DNA of 63,730 nucleotides, counting the filler, from Rozella allomycis CSF55 (Eukaryota): assembly GCA_000442015.1 (NCBI GenBank). It is 10 parts of 10 records of this genome, joined end to end, with 100 filler letters (N's around TTAATTAATTAA, not from the genome) between each part and the next. Parts side by side here need not be neighbours in the genome. Positions count along the whole stretch, not along the records: positions 60,705 to 63,730 come from KE560867.1; 9 more parts are not named here. One strand, written 5' to 3'. The notes below the pieces were generated by a model that had not been told where the DNA came from, did not search any database, and was given only the letters and a program-made list of their open reading frames with translations. This document shows, one piece after another, positions 61,619 through 63,730 of the stretch (positions within the stretch are counted from its first letter, which is position 1; each line of letters opens with the position of its first letter). Both the position numbers and the translations under genes were made by a program.

Positions 61619-63730
61619 TGTTGGGATAATCTTCCAATGGAACCAAGACAGTTAATCTTTAAATTCAAAAGATTGAATCACTTCAAACAGCGCGCAGGCA
61701 AAAACACTATCCACAGATAATTATTCATCAAACTCATTCTGGAAGGGAGCTTTGCCGCCATATCGTGANTAGAGAGTTATGAGCTATAATAGTGACATGA
61801 TTTCCGGAAGCTCTGCTACAAAGATAGAGAAACTTACAGGCTCTGCTAACTACCATTCATGGAGTTGTGACTACCAAGCATTGCTCGAAGACCTCGACCT
61901 GGACCAATATCTCACCTCCAAGGCTTACATGTCCAATACACCAGAAAACGTCAAAGAACACACGAAAGCATTTGCCAGGTAGAAATTGAGTCTCAATGAC
62001 TACTACAAAGCGAATGTCGAAAATTGTACCACTGTTCTCGAAGCATGGAATCTCCTTCACGACAAATTGGCTCCTAGCAACACGGTAACCCAGCATCACG
62101 CAAGACGACCATAATGACCCTGTTTATTATAATCAAGAAAGTATTACTCAGTTTGTGAAGCGAGTGGAGCAGTGCTTGATTGACTTACGCAGAAGCGGCG
62201 ACATATTAGATGAAGAATCCATATTGAACACCATAATTGCAATTTTCCCTGATTAATTGAAACCTTTACAGTATCACGTCCGTCAATTGGAGTCCAAAGA
62301 AAGAACACTCTCCAAGCTAATCCAACTACTGAAAAATGAAGCTAATGAAGCCGATTTGAAGGCCGCTTCTACGTTCATGCTCCTTGCTGATAATGCTTTT
62401 ACTGCGTCGACTCAACCATTCGTCTCAAGATGTGCTATTTGCGGTCTCACCAATCATGACACGGCCTCCTGCAATCACAAACCACATTGGTACATCCCAG
62501 GCAAGTCCAAATTCTTTTTCTGCCAGATTTGTAAATCCAATGATCATTTTATCCAACATTGCCCTACCAGTCCGCCACCAAGACCTGGCTTCACACATCC
62601 CCGTGCCCCTTCCAACAACTTTAATCAACAAAGAAGATTCACCAATTACAACAACAATCAAAACAACAACATCAAGTGAAGCCACTCCAAAAACCAATCC
62701 CAGAAAGCAATCATGTGAAAACTGAAGACCCATTCACACCAGACCTTTTTGTCAATTGCCTCTATAGCGACCTAGACATCATTCCAAAGACCGAAGTTCA
62801 CCATGTAACTACTCAAGAAACCTTTGCCAACTTGGAATCTCTCACTGCCTTAACCACAGGTAACGAATGGATCATTGATACAAGTTGCACCTCACACATG
62901 ACCAAGGACCGATCAGTTTTCAAGACTTTCACTCCACGTAATGACTACAAGATAAGAACAGCAAATGGAGGCATCATGAACGCAGAAGGTTTCGGACAAG
63001 TATCACTCCAAGTACTCTTCCCCGAACACTATCAAAAACTTTCTCTTAGAACACTTATTGTATGTACCCAAATCGACAACAAAATTTTGTATCTATTAAA
63101 GATCCTAACATCAGAAGATTGGACCTTCACTTCATTAAAGGAGTGTGCCATTTCGTTGATCCCGACACCAATTCCACAACGCTCAAGGCCGTCAACAATG
63201 GAAAATTCTACGTAATAAATATCGTTCATGCCTGCTATATTGCATCTGCAAGCCTTCAGAAAATTAACACTATCAATCTATGGCACGCCCGACTTGGACA
63301 CGTGAATGAAGCAACTATCCGCGCAATGTTCAAGAAGAATTCAGTCAATGGAATGAGTACTTTCATTGAAAAAGATAGTTTTGCCTTTTGTGAATCATGC
63401 GCCCTTGGCAAATCGACTCGAGCAAGTTTCCCGCCAAAAAGCAATCGCACTACTTATATCGGTAAATTATGGCACACACATCTTTTCGTTCCAGTACAAA
63501 CTAGAACACCTTCTTGGACATTGTATGGCGTCACACTTATTGAGAACAATTCTGGTTTCACCTATCTGCAGCTCCACGAAAAGAAATCCGACGTCATTGA
63601 AGTACCCCCAACAATGATCAAAAAAATACAATCAGAACACTCATTCAGAATATGAACTTTAAGATCAGACAGAGGTGGCGAATATGTTATCGGAAGTGTG
63701 AAGAAATTTTTGGATGAACAAGGTATCCAT
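61619..63730 (+). mobile_element. Degenerate Ty1/copia LTR retrotransposon (gag, protease, integrase); runs off the window
   Basis: KIEKLTGSANYHSW, two CCHC knuckles, WIIDTSCTSHM, LWHARLGH..CESCALGK, IRSDRGGEY; stops and frameshifts; GTTATGAGC PBS-like site at about 61776; LTR start tentative. Confidence 0.9.

Overview
Eukaryotic draft scaffold made of ten contigs joined by nine artificial 100-nt spacers (44 N + TTAATTAATTAA + 44 N). The DNA is AT-rich and gene-dense, with many 25-31 nt GT-AG introns. Flagellar (ODF3-like, kinesin-2) genes, a Crinkler-type gene and the micro-introns point to an early-diverging zoosporic fungus or fungus relative; a Rozella-like endoparasite is my inference, not proven. 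About 1-47 kb is mainly housekeeping genes: Bro1-domain protein, Cdc14, dymeclin, IleRS, ODF3, ARHGAP39, EI24, a TTP-family zinc finger, Nog2, Mago nashi, NCS-1, a USP protein, a histone-fold protein, glycogen debranching enzyme and AIG1. A Harbinger/Crypton/Helitron-remnant island sits at 14-20.3 kb. About 48-63.7 kb is repeat-rich: CRN NTPase, a Helitron family, a kinase and a kinesin pseudogene, and copia elements. Top observations: (1) four introns of the glycogen debranching gene are built entirely of 4-6 back-to-back 27-31 nt GT...AG micro-introns abutting at AG|GT with zero-length exons, a candidate recursive or stacked micro-intron splicing system whose units differ between two assembled copies; (2) a predicted type I membrane protein displays about 22 LC8-binding-like QT/TQ motifs on its non-cytoplasmic side; (3) a secreted MACPF/perforin-like protein and other effector candidates. 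All calls come from reading motifs by eye, and exon boundaries are approximate unless stated.
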